Of a stretch of DNA of 64,000 nt, positions 51,901 through 62,870 are shown one piece after another. The first letter of the stretch is position 1, and each line of letters opens with the position of its first letter. The DNA is from Octopus sinensis (taxonomy: Eukaryota): the NCBI RefSeq assembly GCF_006345805.1, contig NC_042998.1:73036001-73100000 (forward strand), in the 5' to 3' direction. Made by a program: the position numbers and the translations under genes. The notes beneath the pieces are model-generated. The model made no database searches. It was not told where the DNA came from and saw only the letters and a list, made by a program, of their open reading frames with translations.

Positions 51901-52088
51901 TGGCCAAATTCAATTCCTATGTCAGCAAAGAATCTTTGTCAGAATTTTAGCCAAAATTATGCGATCTCCCACAGCGAAATTATTTGTTACATTAACAGCT
52001 CTAACAGTTGTAGATCCTAGCATGTAGCCATTTGAGTCTTGTAGTGGGAATGATAATGGATTTAATTTTATGTTGTTGTGTGTTTAAA

Positions 52089-52302
52089 TGTATGTATGTA
52101 TGTATGTATCTTTGCATGTTTGCTTGTATTTATATGTATACATGTATGGATGTGTGTATGTATGTATGTATGTATGTGTGTGTATGTATATGTGTATGTG
52201 CTTGATATTTATATTATATGTTATATATTATGATTAAATTTAAAGTATATGTGTGTGTGTGATAGTGAAAGAGAAAATGGATAGACAGATAGATAGACAG
52301 AC

Positions 52303-52383
<81 letters not shown>

Positions 52384-52436
52384 CAGACGGACGGACAGAC
52401 AGACATACATACAGACAGACAGACAGACAGGCAGGC

Positions 52437-52509
<73 letters not shown>

Positions 52510-52510
52510 C
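52089..52510. repeat. (TATG)n followed by long (GATA/GACA)n microsatellites
   Basis: Read directly from the sequence. Confidence 0.95.
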
Positions 52511-53469
52511 ACTTACCTCAGTCCGAGGGCTGAATAAGTCGAAAAATTTATAGTTAAACGATTAAAATACTTTTATGTATTGTTTTATTGTGTGTGAGTG
52601 ATTATATTTGCATATAACCTTTATTGTAATGCAGATTCATGTCTAAAGTTGAATTTCTCCCGCTTTCTATGATGCGTGAAGCTTCGGAGACTGTTTTCAT
52701 TGATAATTTTAATGTTATGACTTGAGAAATAATATCTTTATGTTGTAATTTATATATTTTCTTCTAATTCTAAATTTATATGCAACACATAAAAGAGAAG
52801 CAATTTTATGAAAAATGTGTTTTACGCAGACAGATATCTGGATTAGAAAACATTTCTTATTCTGTGGTTTAGTATTCTCATAAAAATATATGTATTCGGT
52901 CGAACACGTGAGAATGTAGTATGGAGCTAATCAGTGAAGGAACTTTGATGTGTCAGTTCAAATCCAACAACCCTGAGTGTCTGTCCCTGGGACTTACCGA
53001 TGGGGTCACAAAAAGAGAGTCACTGGAATCTGAATGTACTAGAAAGGAAATGGCATATCGGATTAAATATGGCAAATAGTGGGAAAGCAAATTTCAGAGG
53101 AATATAATTGGTCTTTTATGTTCAATGCTACATTGTAAGAAACGAAAGATGAGAAAAGAAAGTTGAGAGAGTGCGACTGACATTTAGCGATGTCATCTAT
53201 AACATCAACTACAGGTACAATTAAGCGAAACGGTGGTGACATTAATATCTTGCTCATTGTTTGTTTCTGGAAGTTAAGATGTTACAATTAAGATACCACC
53301 AATACTTTCTATAATTCGGTGTGAGTCCAGAACCCAGTTGGAGCCCATTTGAAAATGTTAGTATCTACTTAGAAATGTTGAATGGTACTATAGGCAGTCA
53401 CAAAATTCCAGTGTCTGGGCTATTGTGCTCTAGTCTCATATTTTCTTTTTAACCTGCTTTAGGACATCT

Positions 53470-54100
53470 ACCTATCTGGACCTTTTGCCAGTTTAATGGC
53501 ACAGCATTATCAATGGCTGTAAGATTTAGTAAAGGCTCAAAAGGAGAATGATCTCTCTTGCCATACGCGGCCAATGTTGCTGTAATTACAAATGAATTAA
53601 TTGCAATATGAAGCTGCTTGCGGATATGAATATTTTCCTCAGAACCAATTCATCAAATCATTTTGGCTTTTCTACATGAAAAACGAAATATTCCAATTCA
53701 GAAGTCACTATTTGATACCCGTATCAGTTATTTTCATTCAGATCATTTTGATTTCAGCAGTTGAATGAGCTTGAAGTATCTCTTATGTAAGAGTCACAGT
53801 GTAATTTGAAAGGGGTTGATAGTCCAAGAAACTTACAAGCTATTGTTTGCACAATGGGGGCTAGAGCTTGCTTGTACATTGTATTAGTAAGCTCTAGGTT
53901 CATTTTATTTATTCGTGTTTTGGTTGATGCAATACATTTTCCATCGTGCTCTCCGAGTTATTAAGCATGGTAAATCTGCTATGGTACATCCTCTTCTCAG
54001 TAGTGTTTCCCATTGCACCAGCATCTAAAATGGATTTTGGATAGCTAGCGTACGTTACATAGATATATGATGCAACAGGTTTGAAGTCAAGTAGGAAGCT
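53470..54100 (+). mobile_element. possible decayed Penelope-like RT fragment
   Basis: Ordered remnants RP (CCATACGCGGCCAAT), KSLF, MGARAC and VRYID. Confidence 0.4.
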
Positions 54101-54953
54101 GGAATAAAATTATCATGCAAGAATTGTTTGCGATATAAGTATCTTACACAAATGAAAATATTTGAGAATCGAGAAAGGTTTTCGGAAAACAGAAATAAGA
54201 TATTTTATTCATTATTTCACATATCAATTTGTATATACGCTTGTCGAATTATAAATATTTAAAGTGTTTTAATTGACTCTGAAACAATATAGGGAAACCA
54301 TGATATTTCAAGTGAAATAAATAGTTAATATTTGCCGATATAACTTTTCAGTTAAAGGAAAAAAAATTCAGAAATTCAGAAGGTATGGTTTCAAATATCA
54401 TGAAACACAGAAACCAGTTTATCTTTCATTCTTTGTTACACATTTAGGTTTTATATCCAGCAATTATATTCTCCAAACGAGATTGCTACCACCTTTCAAA
54501 TTTGAAATATATTCAACATTATAATAGTTAAGATAATTTGTAACTCATAAAGCCCAGTTATGTTACAAACATAAATATTTAAAAGCAAATCAGGCAATGA
54601 AAGAACAAATCATTTTCTCTCTCTTTAGTTATCTGAAACTACGTCATAAGGTTTTACAGACAGCTATTTTAAATGCGGAATTTTAATAGCAAATACTGAA
54701 TGTGTGCGTGTGTATGCGTGTGTGTGTGTGTTCCTGTGGCATATACGTATATATATATGTGTGTATGTATGTGTGTATGTACGTTGCAGTTATATGCGTA
54801 CTTATATTTGTAGTATGAGAAAATATATATATGGTAGTTGCTGACATAGAAAGAAAGATTAAAGACAGACGGTGAAAGGAACTAAAAAATATCAGCTACT
54901 CACTCATGCTGTAACTTTGATATTTTCGATTTAACGTTGTCTAAATTTTCAAT

Positions 54954-55120
54954 ATTCTCTTCTACTCTAGGCACAAAGCACGAAATTCTTGGGGAGGGGG
55001 CTAGTCGATTAGATCGACCCCAGTACGAAACTGGTACTTATTTTATCGACCCTGATAGGATGAAAAGCAAAGTCAACCTCGACGGAATTTGAACTCAGAA
55101 CGTAACGACAGACGAAATAT
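54954..55120 (-). mobile_element. headless SINE family A copy (core + tail 1)
   Basis: Reverse complement of core and tail 1. Starts at TATTTCGTC, next to a TA-rich tract. Confidence 0.88.
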
Positions 55121-55409
55121 AGATACATATATATACATATATATATATACGTATATACACATACAATTATATATAGATTCACATTCATACACATATATGC
55201 ACGACCATATACATTGATATGCATACACCCACATACGTATATTTAAAAAGAGGTGCCTACGCTAATACAAATATAGATATTCATATACACACAAGTACGC
55301 AGGCATACTCATATAAGTACAAGTCCAAATATTCTACTGTGCCTGTATATTGGAATATACACCCACATACCCATATACTGGCAGTGGAGAGGCCCATCCT
55401 ACATATACA

Positions 55410-55468
<59 letters not shown>

Positions 55469-55567
55469 TTAATGTCAAAATGAGGGTGAAAAAATTGGAT
55501 AACATCAATTTAAACACCAGTAGTCAAACGTATAAAAGACTGAGATTCAGTAAATATTATTAATACC

Positions 55568-55716
55568 CAACTATGAGAGAGAATCCACTATGTGGACGCT
55601 CTTACATTCTTGGTGTGTAGACTTATTTCTTGAGAACAATTCTTAGTGGTTGAGTCCCTTTGCGGATCTATATCTAGCGTAAGAGCGTCCTCATAGTGGA
55701 TTCTCTCTCATAGTTG
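55568..55716. repeat. 38-bp inverted repeat with 73-bp spacer
   Basis: Arms 55568-55605 and 55679-55716, 37/38 complementary. Confidence 0.92.
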
Positions 55717-57105
55717 TATATATATATATAAACATATTTACATAGAGATATACACATATTATTTTATATATATATACATCGGTACACAAAAGTTTGAAAT
55801 ATATCATACAAGTTATATGTCTTCAAATATAGAAATGAAAATATCGTGAATTCACGATCAGTGTGTTGAGGTCCTCTGGATGTAATATTAGAAAAATTTA
55901 CATACACATACCTTGAGAATTGAATCCGATCCTATACGTGAGGATATTCAAATTTTATGAAAATAATCAAAAGATTCGTCAAAACACTATTATAGTCAAT
56001 ATATTTAGATGTAAGTCAATTAGATAATTTTAGCTATTGGATTTTATATAGAATTAAGTTGTATAATTGAATTAAGCAATTAATATATAGTATGATAATG
56101 GTAATGCTTTTAAAAATTGAATTGAAGATTTTCGGATGATATTAAATAATATCAATATATTGTTTTCGTTTAATAAAGAGGTCCTTGCCATGTGTTTATA
56201 ATAAAATCTTTTTCACCCCTCTCATTAACTAGGTTCCCTTTCCTTTTCATTATTTTATTGTTTTCTTCTAAGCATAATCTACGGAATTTATTGTTAATTT
56301 TGTAACGTGCTAAAATGTTTCATTTGATTATGAAGTTCACTTTGTATTTTTTCTTTTCTTTCTTTTTTTGGAGCCATATTCTTTTTGAGAGTCCGGCACA
56401 GTTCATTTTGTTTTGGACCCTGAATATCGATTCGGGGTTCGCTATTCGGAATTTAATCCAATTTTCTGTCGATCCGGTATAATGGTATTTATTCGAATCC
56501 TATGTTATAATTTTTCTTGGTATACTACATTTTTTCTTTTATAGTCCCTGTCTAATTTGCATGTATTTGGGTCTCTACAATTACAGTTATTATGTGTAGG
56601 TAATGGTATGCTATTATTCATCTTTGTTAATTTATATAAGATATTGTCAGTAGGGATGTTTACATTGTTATTTGTTCCATTAAGTTAAACTTTTGTATTT
56701 TAGTGTGCTTTAGTATCAATTTATATTTTTAAATTTTCATAGAATAAATGAAGATTTCTATTATTAAGGGAATATATCTTAAAACAGTTGGGAGAAAATG
56801 AAAATTCACATCTCACGTTTTTTATTAAATAATTTTGCATATCTTGTGTTTATAAATCTTTTATTAATAATCATTCTATTAGATTTAATAAAATGTTCTG
56901 TCTAACTATATTTTTATTATCATTATTACTTTTATTATTATTCGTATAATTATTGTTATTCTTATTGTTAATAATCGAGATCGGGCTATTCATATTTTTC
57001 GCTTTTCTTCACATTATGATTTCATTCTTATCTTTATTTTAAGTTTGTAATAGTCGTTATTTACCCAAGTACTACTTTGGGGTTTGTTGACATTTGTGTT
57101 ATAAA

Positions 57106-57177
<72 letters not shown>

Positions 57178-57180
<3 letters not shown>

Positions 57181-57573
57181 CTGAGCAAATATAAAGATCT
57201 TGAAATAGAAATCAGCAAAATGTGGAACCTGAAGACTAAAACAATACCTGTTGTCATAGGTACCCTGGGAATGATAACGAAAGGGGCTGATTGGTACCTA
57301 ACTCAGATACCAGGAAATCCAAAAATGGCAGAAATTCAAAAGATAGTACTCATGGGAACTGCTCATATCCTACGCAAAATACTTTCTACGTAATCTCAAG
57401 GTTTAAAACCAACATTTTTAGACATTCACTAGTACAACACAAAAAAATCCAAATATATGGCACTCTAGGCATAACAACAACATGAACTTCCGACTTGTTG
57501 TCTCTTGAGGTCTCTGGGTGAGACTTGCAGCCAACCTGTACAAATATAAAGCAAAAGTCAAACATAAAATAAA
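57178..57573 (+). mobile_element. young R4/Dong-type 3' end inserted in (TAA)n
   Basis: Uninterrupted KLSKYKDLEIEISKMWNLKTKTIPVVIGTLG...GTAHILRKILST* plus 3' UTR. (TAA)n on both sides. Confidence 0.9.
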
Positions 57574-57645
<72 letters not shown>

Positions 57646-57735
57646 CAGAGCATCACAACAAATCACAGCACTTACCCAAGGCACACAGAGCTGCGCTCGG
57701 TAGTGAAGTGAAAGCACGCTATAAAAATAAAACTA

Positions 57736-57739
<4 letters not shown>
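57646..57739 (+). mobile_element. ~95-bp unique insert between (TAA)n tracts, probably an extreme 5'-truncated Dong-type 3' UTR
   Basis: Flanked by TAA repeats and has an A-rich end. No coding sequence is present to confirm the family. Confidence 0.45.
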
Positions 57740-57790
<51 letters not shown>

Positions 57791-57816
57791 TAATAATATA
57801 ATAATAATAATAATAA

Positions 57817-57847
<31 letters not shown>

Positions 57848-58079
57848 AAGAAGAAGAAGAAGAAGAAAGAAGAAGAAGAAGGAGAATTGTTATGATGCTT
57901 GTTTTTATTTTAAATTTCATTTTTGATATTATGTTTCTCATGTTTTAGTTTACTTCTTTATTATAATTGCCTCGTTTAATATGTTTGTAATATTTATGTT
58001 TGTTATTGAGACTTTTCATTTCTACTTTGTGAGTATCTGAGTTTCTAGTTTTATCATTATTATTTTTGTATTTATTTTC

Positions 58080-58817
58080 AATTAGAAGGTGGATTATACA
58101 GAGACGATGCCCTATTCTTAGTAACGAACAATACAAAGAGAAAATTGGAAAATTACAAGAAGAGACTTCATGCATTTTTTTAAGAACCAAGGACTATCGA
58201 TACCAATTGAAAAACATAATATATCTGTGAACATTCTTGTGTTTAACGTTAACTTTAACACAAGTCTTTACCAACCTTATCAAAAACCTAGCGCGAACAT
58301 TAGATATATAAACACAGAAACCATCCACATAATATTATAGAAAACCTTTGTACAAATATAGAGAGAAAAATCAATTACCTATCTTTAAACTAAGACGTAT
58401 TTAATAAACACAATAATTATTACTTCGCAATTCCTATTGTACTTAATTTCATACTTATATCCTACCTTCTTAAGTAATAATTATTGTGTTTATTAAATAC
58501 GTCTTAGTTTAAAGATAGGTACTTGATTTTTCTCTCTATATTTGTACAAAGGTTTTCTATAATATTATGTAGATGGTTTCTGTGTTTATATATCTAATGT
58601 TCGCGCTAGGTTTTTGATAAGGTTGGTAAAGACTTGTGTTAAAGTTAACGTTAAACACAAGAATGTTCACAGATATATTATGTTTTTCAATTGGTATCAA
58701 TAGTCCTTGGTTCTTAAAAAAATGCATGATGTCTCTTCTTGTAATTTTCCAATTTTCTCTTTGTATTGTTCGTTACTAAGAATAGGGCATCGTCTCTGTA
58801 TAATCCACCTTCTAATT
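58080..58817. repeat. 346-bp near-perfect inverted duplication with 46-bp spacer
   Basis: Arms 58080-58425 and 58472-58817. I counted 4 mismatches by eye. Confidence 0.95.
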
Positions 58818-59670
58818 CAGGAAATTCCTCCATAAATTTATGTAGTAGATAGATACCGACTATGTCGGTTACCTCTGCGGAATCCTGTGCACCCATTGCT
58901 ATATCGAAATAATCTGGTGTACTATTCTTGCAGAATATCTGTTTTCGTTGGATATCAGTTTTTCTAGCTGCGAGTATGATTTTAATTTCTTTCATGGGTA
59001 AGTTTTTTCTATTCTTAGGAAATATGAATGGCTTATTTAATGAAATTGGGTTAATAGATTGGTAATAATCGTTAATGTCTATTTGGATAAATTTGTATTT
59101 TTTTTGTCTCGAATCTTTGTAAACCAATTAATTGCATCTTGTGTTCTTGACAATAGGCTAAATTTAATTTTGGTTTTTAGAGAGTATGTATACTTATCTA
59201 GTTTTCTAAGGTCCGATTTACATAGGCATATCAGCTTAACTTTAGGACCGATTTCAAATATATATTCTAAAAGATTGATACAGAATATACCCTACGCACA
59301 CACCGGAATTCCGGACATAATGCTGATGACGCCTGATAGCCATAAGTGGTGAAGTGCTCTTCAGGCACACTATCTGTTATTCACCCTAAAACAAGTCTTG
59401 GGTATTTCATTAGTTCTTTAATTCTAAATTTATAAAACATTGGGAAAATTATCCTTACAAATATTTCGCTTGGGCATTGCGCCGCTAATAACGGAACTCA
59501 ATATACTTCAGGTTTGAAGCTCCAAGTAAGTTATAGGGTGATCCTCAAGTAATCAACTATAAGTGCATCGTATCTTGTAGCAGAAATAGCTGTAACTTAA
59601 TGAAGTTCATAGCAATTATTTATTTTTCTGTCACATTAATGTCTTAGATAGATAGATAGATAGATAGATA

Positions 59671-60451
59671 AGTTTCTGTATTGGCCACACAGGGCTGCAC
59701 ACAGATGGGACAAGTTACAAGGTAGAGCTTTTCTTTTGGGGGATGAAAAAAACAAAAAACAAAAGAAACAAAAAAAGGGTGTTGGCGTAGGTTTTCGATC
59801 AAGGGGGATCGTAAAAGGGAAGAAAAGAACAAAAAAAATAAATAAAATAAAAAATAAAAACGAAAAATAAAAAAAAGAAAAGGAAAAGGAACAAAAGAAA
59901 GAGAAATGAAAAAAGAAGAAAAAAGGGGGAAAAAGGGAAAGAGGAAAAAAAAACGATCAATAGGGATCGTGTATCACAGTGTTATGATATATGGTGTAAA
60001 GGGGAAAGCAGGTAAGGTTTATCCGTGGGAAGAAAAGCCTACGAAAAAGACTACGGTAACCTTGGTCAATATTGTTATATGTTACCACATTTGTTTGCAA
60101 GTGGGTAACCCTCTGTTTTCAATTTCTGGGTTCATAGGATTATGCTCAAGGTGGCTTCGTCATTCATACGTGCCATCCTTGCTACATTCACCCATCTTTT
60201 TTTAAAACATTCGCTAGACAAAACTTGTATCTCTACTCTCACTTTCCTTTTCAAGTGGTACTTGAAGAAGTTGATGAGAGATTGATCAGAGAGGAAAGTG
60301 TTTGTCTCCAATCCTTTCAGACGCGTCCACCAGATACATTCTTTCGCCATAGCCACAAGGATGATGAAAATAGCTCTTCCTTCCCGTTTGAAGGAAGGAG
60401 GCGTGACAATATTGACGATAGACTCAGCTGATAAACCGACTCGTCCCACTC
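59671..60451 (-). mobile_element. Tx1/L1-clade LINE 3' end with complete 3' UTR, embedded in (GATA)n
   Basis: Uninterrupted ORF end (LSAESIVNI...VAMAKECIWWTRLKGL...FKYHLKRKVRVE) and a pyrimidine-rich 3' UTR. GATA repeats at 59646-59670 and 60452-60545. Confidence 0.9.
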
Positions 60452-61137
60452 AGATAGATAGATAGAGAGATAGATAGATCGATAGATAGATAGATATATA
60501 GATAGATAGATAGATAGACAGACAGATAGATAGACAGACAGACAGAGAGATAGGTATAAAGAAAGTGGGGAGATTACAGAAAAGAGCAAAAAAGGGAAAT
60601 TAAGCAATCTTATTTTTTTACCTCCAGTCAATACTTTCTTTTTGCACACATTAATGGTTTAACAGTTTTCTAGCTCATCGCTTACAGTAAAAAATAGTGC
60701 AAATTATTGAAGCTGTCAAACTGACTGAATGCTAACACTGCCAAGTTAATTTTAGTTAATAATTAAATTTTCTTATTTGTCTTTGACTTTGTGCAAATTG
60801 TTTTATTGAATGAGGTCAGTTCAAAATGCTTTGCACATTTTGAAATTTATTGACTGTAGCTTTTTTAAGAAGCATCAGAAGTGAAGGTGAAAATTTTGAA
60901 ATGTAGAAAACTAGCTTCCAGACTTTGGTGTCATCACCCTGGTCTCTCAACTTCTTGATGTCACCCTCTTGGCATACCTTGTGCCATCGGTATCTTTAGA
61001 CTGGTCGACAACGGATTTGTATAGTAGGCGAGACAGATTACGGGCAATGAAATGAATAGAAAAAGAATAATCGAAACCAATACACGGTTAGTACTACTAG
61101 ACCCCGAAGCATTGAAATGCAAAATTGAATTTGGATT

Positions 61138-61982
61138 CGGACTCACTAAGCAGAGATCTGGTCGAATTCTTTCCACTGGATCATCTCACTGAATCGGTGA
61201 TTTTACCGAAAGGAAAACTCTTCATTGACAATGTCGTATTTTTTTCCAGGATGATTTTTATTGGATTAGCTGTTACCATCAAACGTAGATCATTAGTTTG
61301 AGGTATTGCTTGTTTTTAAGGACTCAGACTTTCTTTTTCCCACCTGATGTTTATAATTTTCATCGCTATAAAGAAATCACTGTGTGCACAAATAGCTAGG
61401 ACATCAGCGAGCAAACGGTTGGTGATATAGGGCCACTGAAAATTGTCAGTTTAGTTTAGAGCGTTCAGGACCTATACACCGACATTTTGGCCCTTACCCA
61501 TCGAGTGAAGGTGCCGAGCAACAGTGTCACGAAAGCATACAATCTGTTAAATTATTCTTTAGTTGACTGAAGTGGATCCTAGTGGATGAGCTCGTTTAAT
61601 CAATCCTCATTGACTAAGCATATCGGCTAGAAGACGAAGAGTCTATGGTTGGAAATTCTTCTCGTTCAAGCTTGAGAACATCTCCACAATTCTTTCAGTA
61701 ATATCGCCTTCTCCACATGAAGCCCAAAAGTCGCCACTCGAGCAGCTTTGGCAGTTTTGAACCTTGGTTAAATATAAAGAAATAGGTATAAAGAAGCCAC
61801 ATATTTTTTCTGTTTGGTACATCATTGTGGAATGTCTGAAAAGAGTTAAAATATGTTATTTCAAAAAATAAAAATTGCAGACAAAGAATAAAGCTACAAT
61901 AAAAACACATAAATCGCTACAATAGAAATATTTTTTCTCGTCAATTGCCAAGAAATGAACGAGTTTATTTAACAACGTGATA
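61138..61982 (-). mobile_element. mariner 5' TIR and N-terminal/middle transposase (inverted segment)
   Basis: HTH-like CGEGDITERIVEMF, GV*VLNAL (cf. WVPHEL), SDE (cf. TGDE) and NPIKIIL. TIR-like sequence at 61953-61982. Confidence 0.7.
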
Positions 61983-62268
61983 CTTTCCTTATTAGGTCAA
62001 TCTATATGCGTGTTTGGTGTTTCGGAGTTACCGTATATAATGTGTGACATCTATAATGTACAATTAAATAAACGTGAGATAAATTTCTTCATGGCATTTG
62101 TGTTGTGTACGGACAAGCCTCTATTATTGAACGGGGCGCACAGAAATGGTTTTTCTGAGAAACAATTACATGTGCTGGCGCACAAGGCTACTCGCCAGTC
62201 TGCGAGAGCATTGACCCAGCAGGTGGAATCTCTGATGGTTTGTTGCCGATCACCTTCATTAGAAGGGC

Positions 62269-62675
62269 AATCCAAATGAAGCCACCCGACCGGTTACACG
62301 GATACTCCTTCACAGCAACACTCGCCCCACATCTCCAGTTGAACCGAAACTATTATTTAAGAGTTCGGATGTGAAGTTTTGCTGCACGCACCGTATTCTC
62401 CTGATGTATTGCCTCAGATTATTAACTTTTTCCGTCGCTCAACAACATCTGCAAGGCATTCAACAACGATGCAAAGATTAAATCGTTGCTCTACGGATTT
62501 TTCGAGTCAAGAGCCAACGATTTCTACCGCCCAGTCATTGAAAAGCTAGTAAAATGTTGACAAGAATTCGTGAATAGGGAAGGAGAATACTTTCTTAAAC
62601 TGTTTTGCTAAAATTATTCACGAAAATGTATTCAAACAGATGTGAAAAGTGGACGAATATGTCTGACAACCAATA
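62269..62675 (+). mobile_element. mariner C-terminal transposase and 3' TIR
   Basis: ILLHSNTRP (cf. LLHDNARPH), HAPYSPD and EGEYF. TIR-like sequence at 62647-62675. Confidence 0.85.
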
Positions 62676-62744
62676 TTTAGGTCTTTTACGCTCTATGTAC
62701 AACCTTGAGTTTTGTTAATGCTTCTGATAAAATGCATGTCACAA

Positions 62745-62870
62745 AATGCTGGGTTCAAATTTCGTCGAATTCAACTTTGTACGGCATCATTTCAAAAAAA
62801 TAAGCTACCATTTACGATTAAACTACTCATCAAAATTTGTGCCATAGTGCCTGTGTTTGAAACCATTTGA
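62745..62870 (+). mobile_element. degenerate headless SINE family A remnant
   Basis: CTGGGTTCAAATTTCGTCGAA..CAACTTTG and a tail-1-like AAAATTTGTGCC.TAGTGCC. Confidence 0.45.

Larger units (their letters stand above)
56150..59270 (-). mobile_element. Penelope-like element with Naiad-like motifs (RT + Cys cluster + GIY-YIG), decayed and interrupted
   Basis: RT: AINWF..I, FIQIDINDYYQSI, IAMGAQDSAEV, GGLYRDDAL. Endonuclease: CNCRDPNTCKLD...NVVYQ, YTGSTENWIKFR, LSKRIW, LCLEEK, LVNERGE. Confidence 0.85.

Noticed and set aside
59323-59365. CTGATGA near the Penelope-like 5' boundary as a hammerhead core (also CTGATGA at ~15049, ~27083, ~27108)
   Set aside because: No properly placed helix II plus GAAA-NUH.
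59560-59599. TAAGT...GAAATAGCTGTA-ACTTA resembling the 3' half of a minimal hammerhead
   Set aside because: The CUGANGA box and helix II are not recognisable, so it is too decayed to call.
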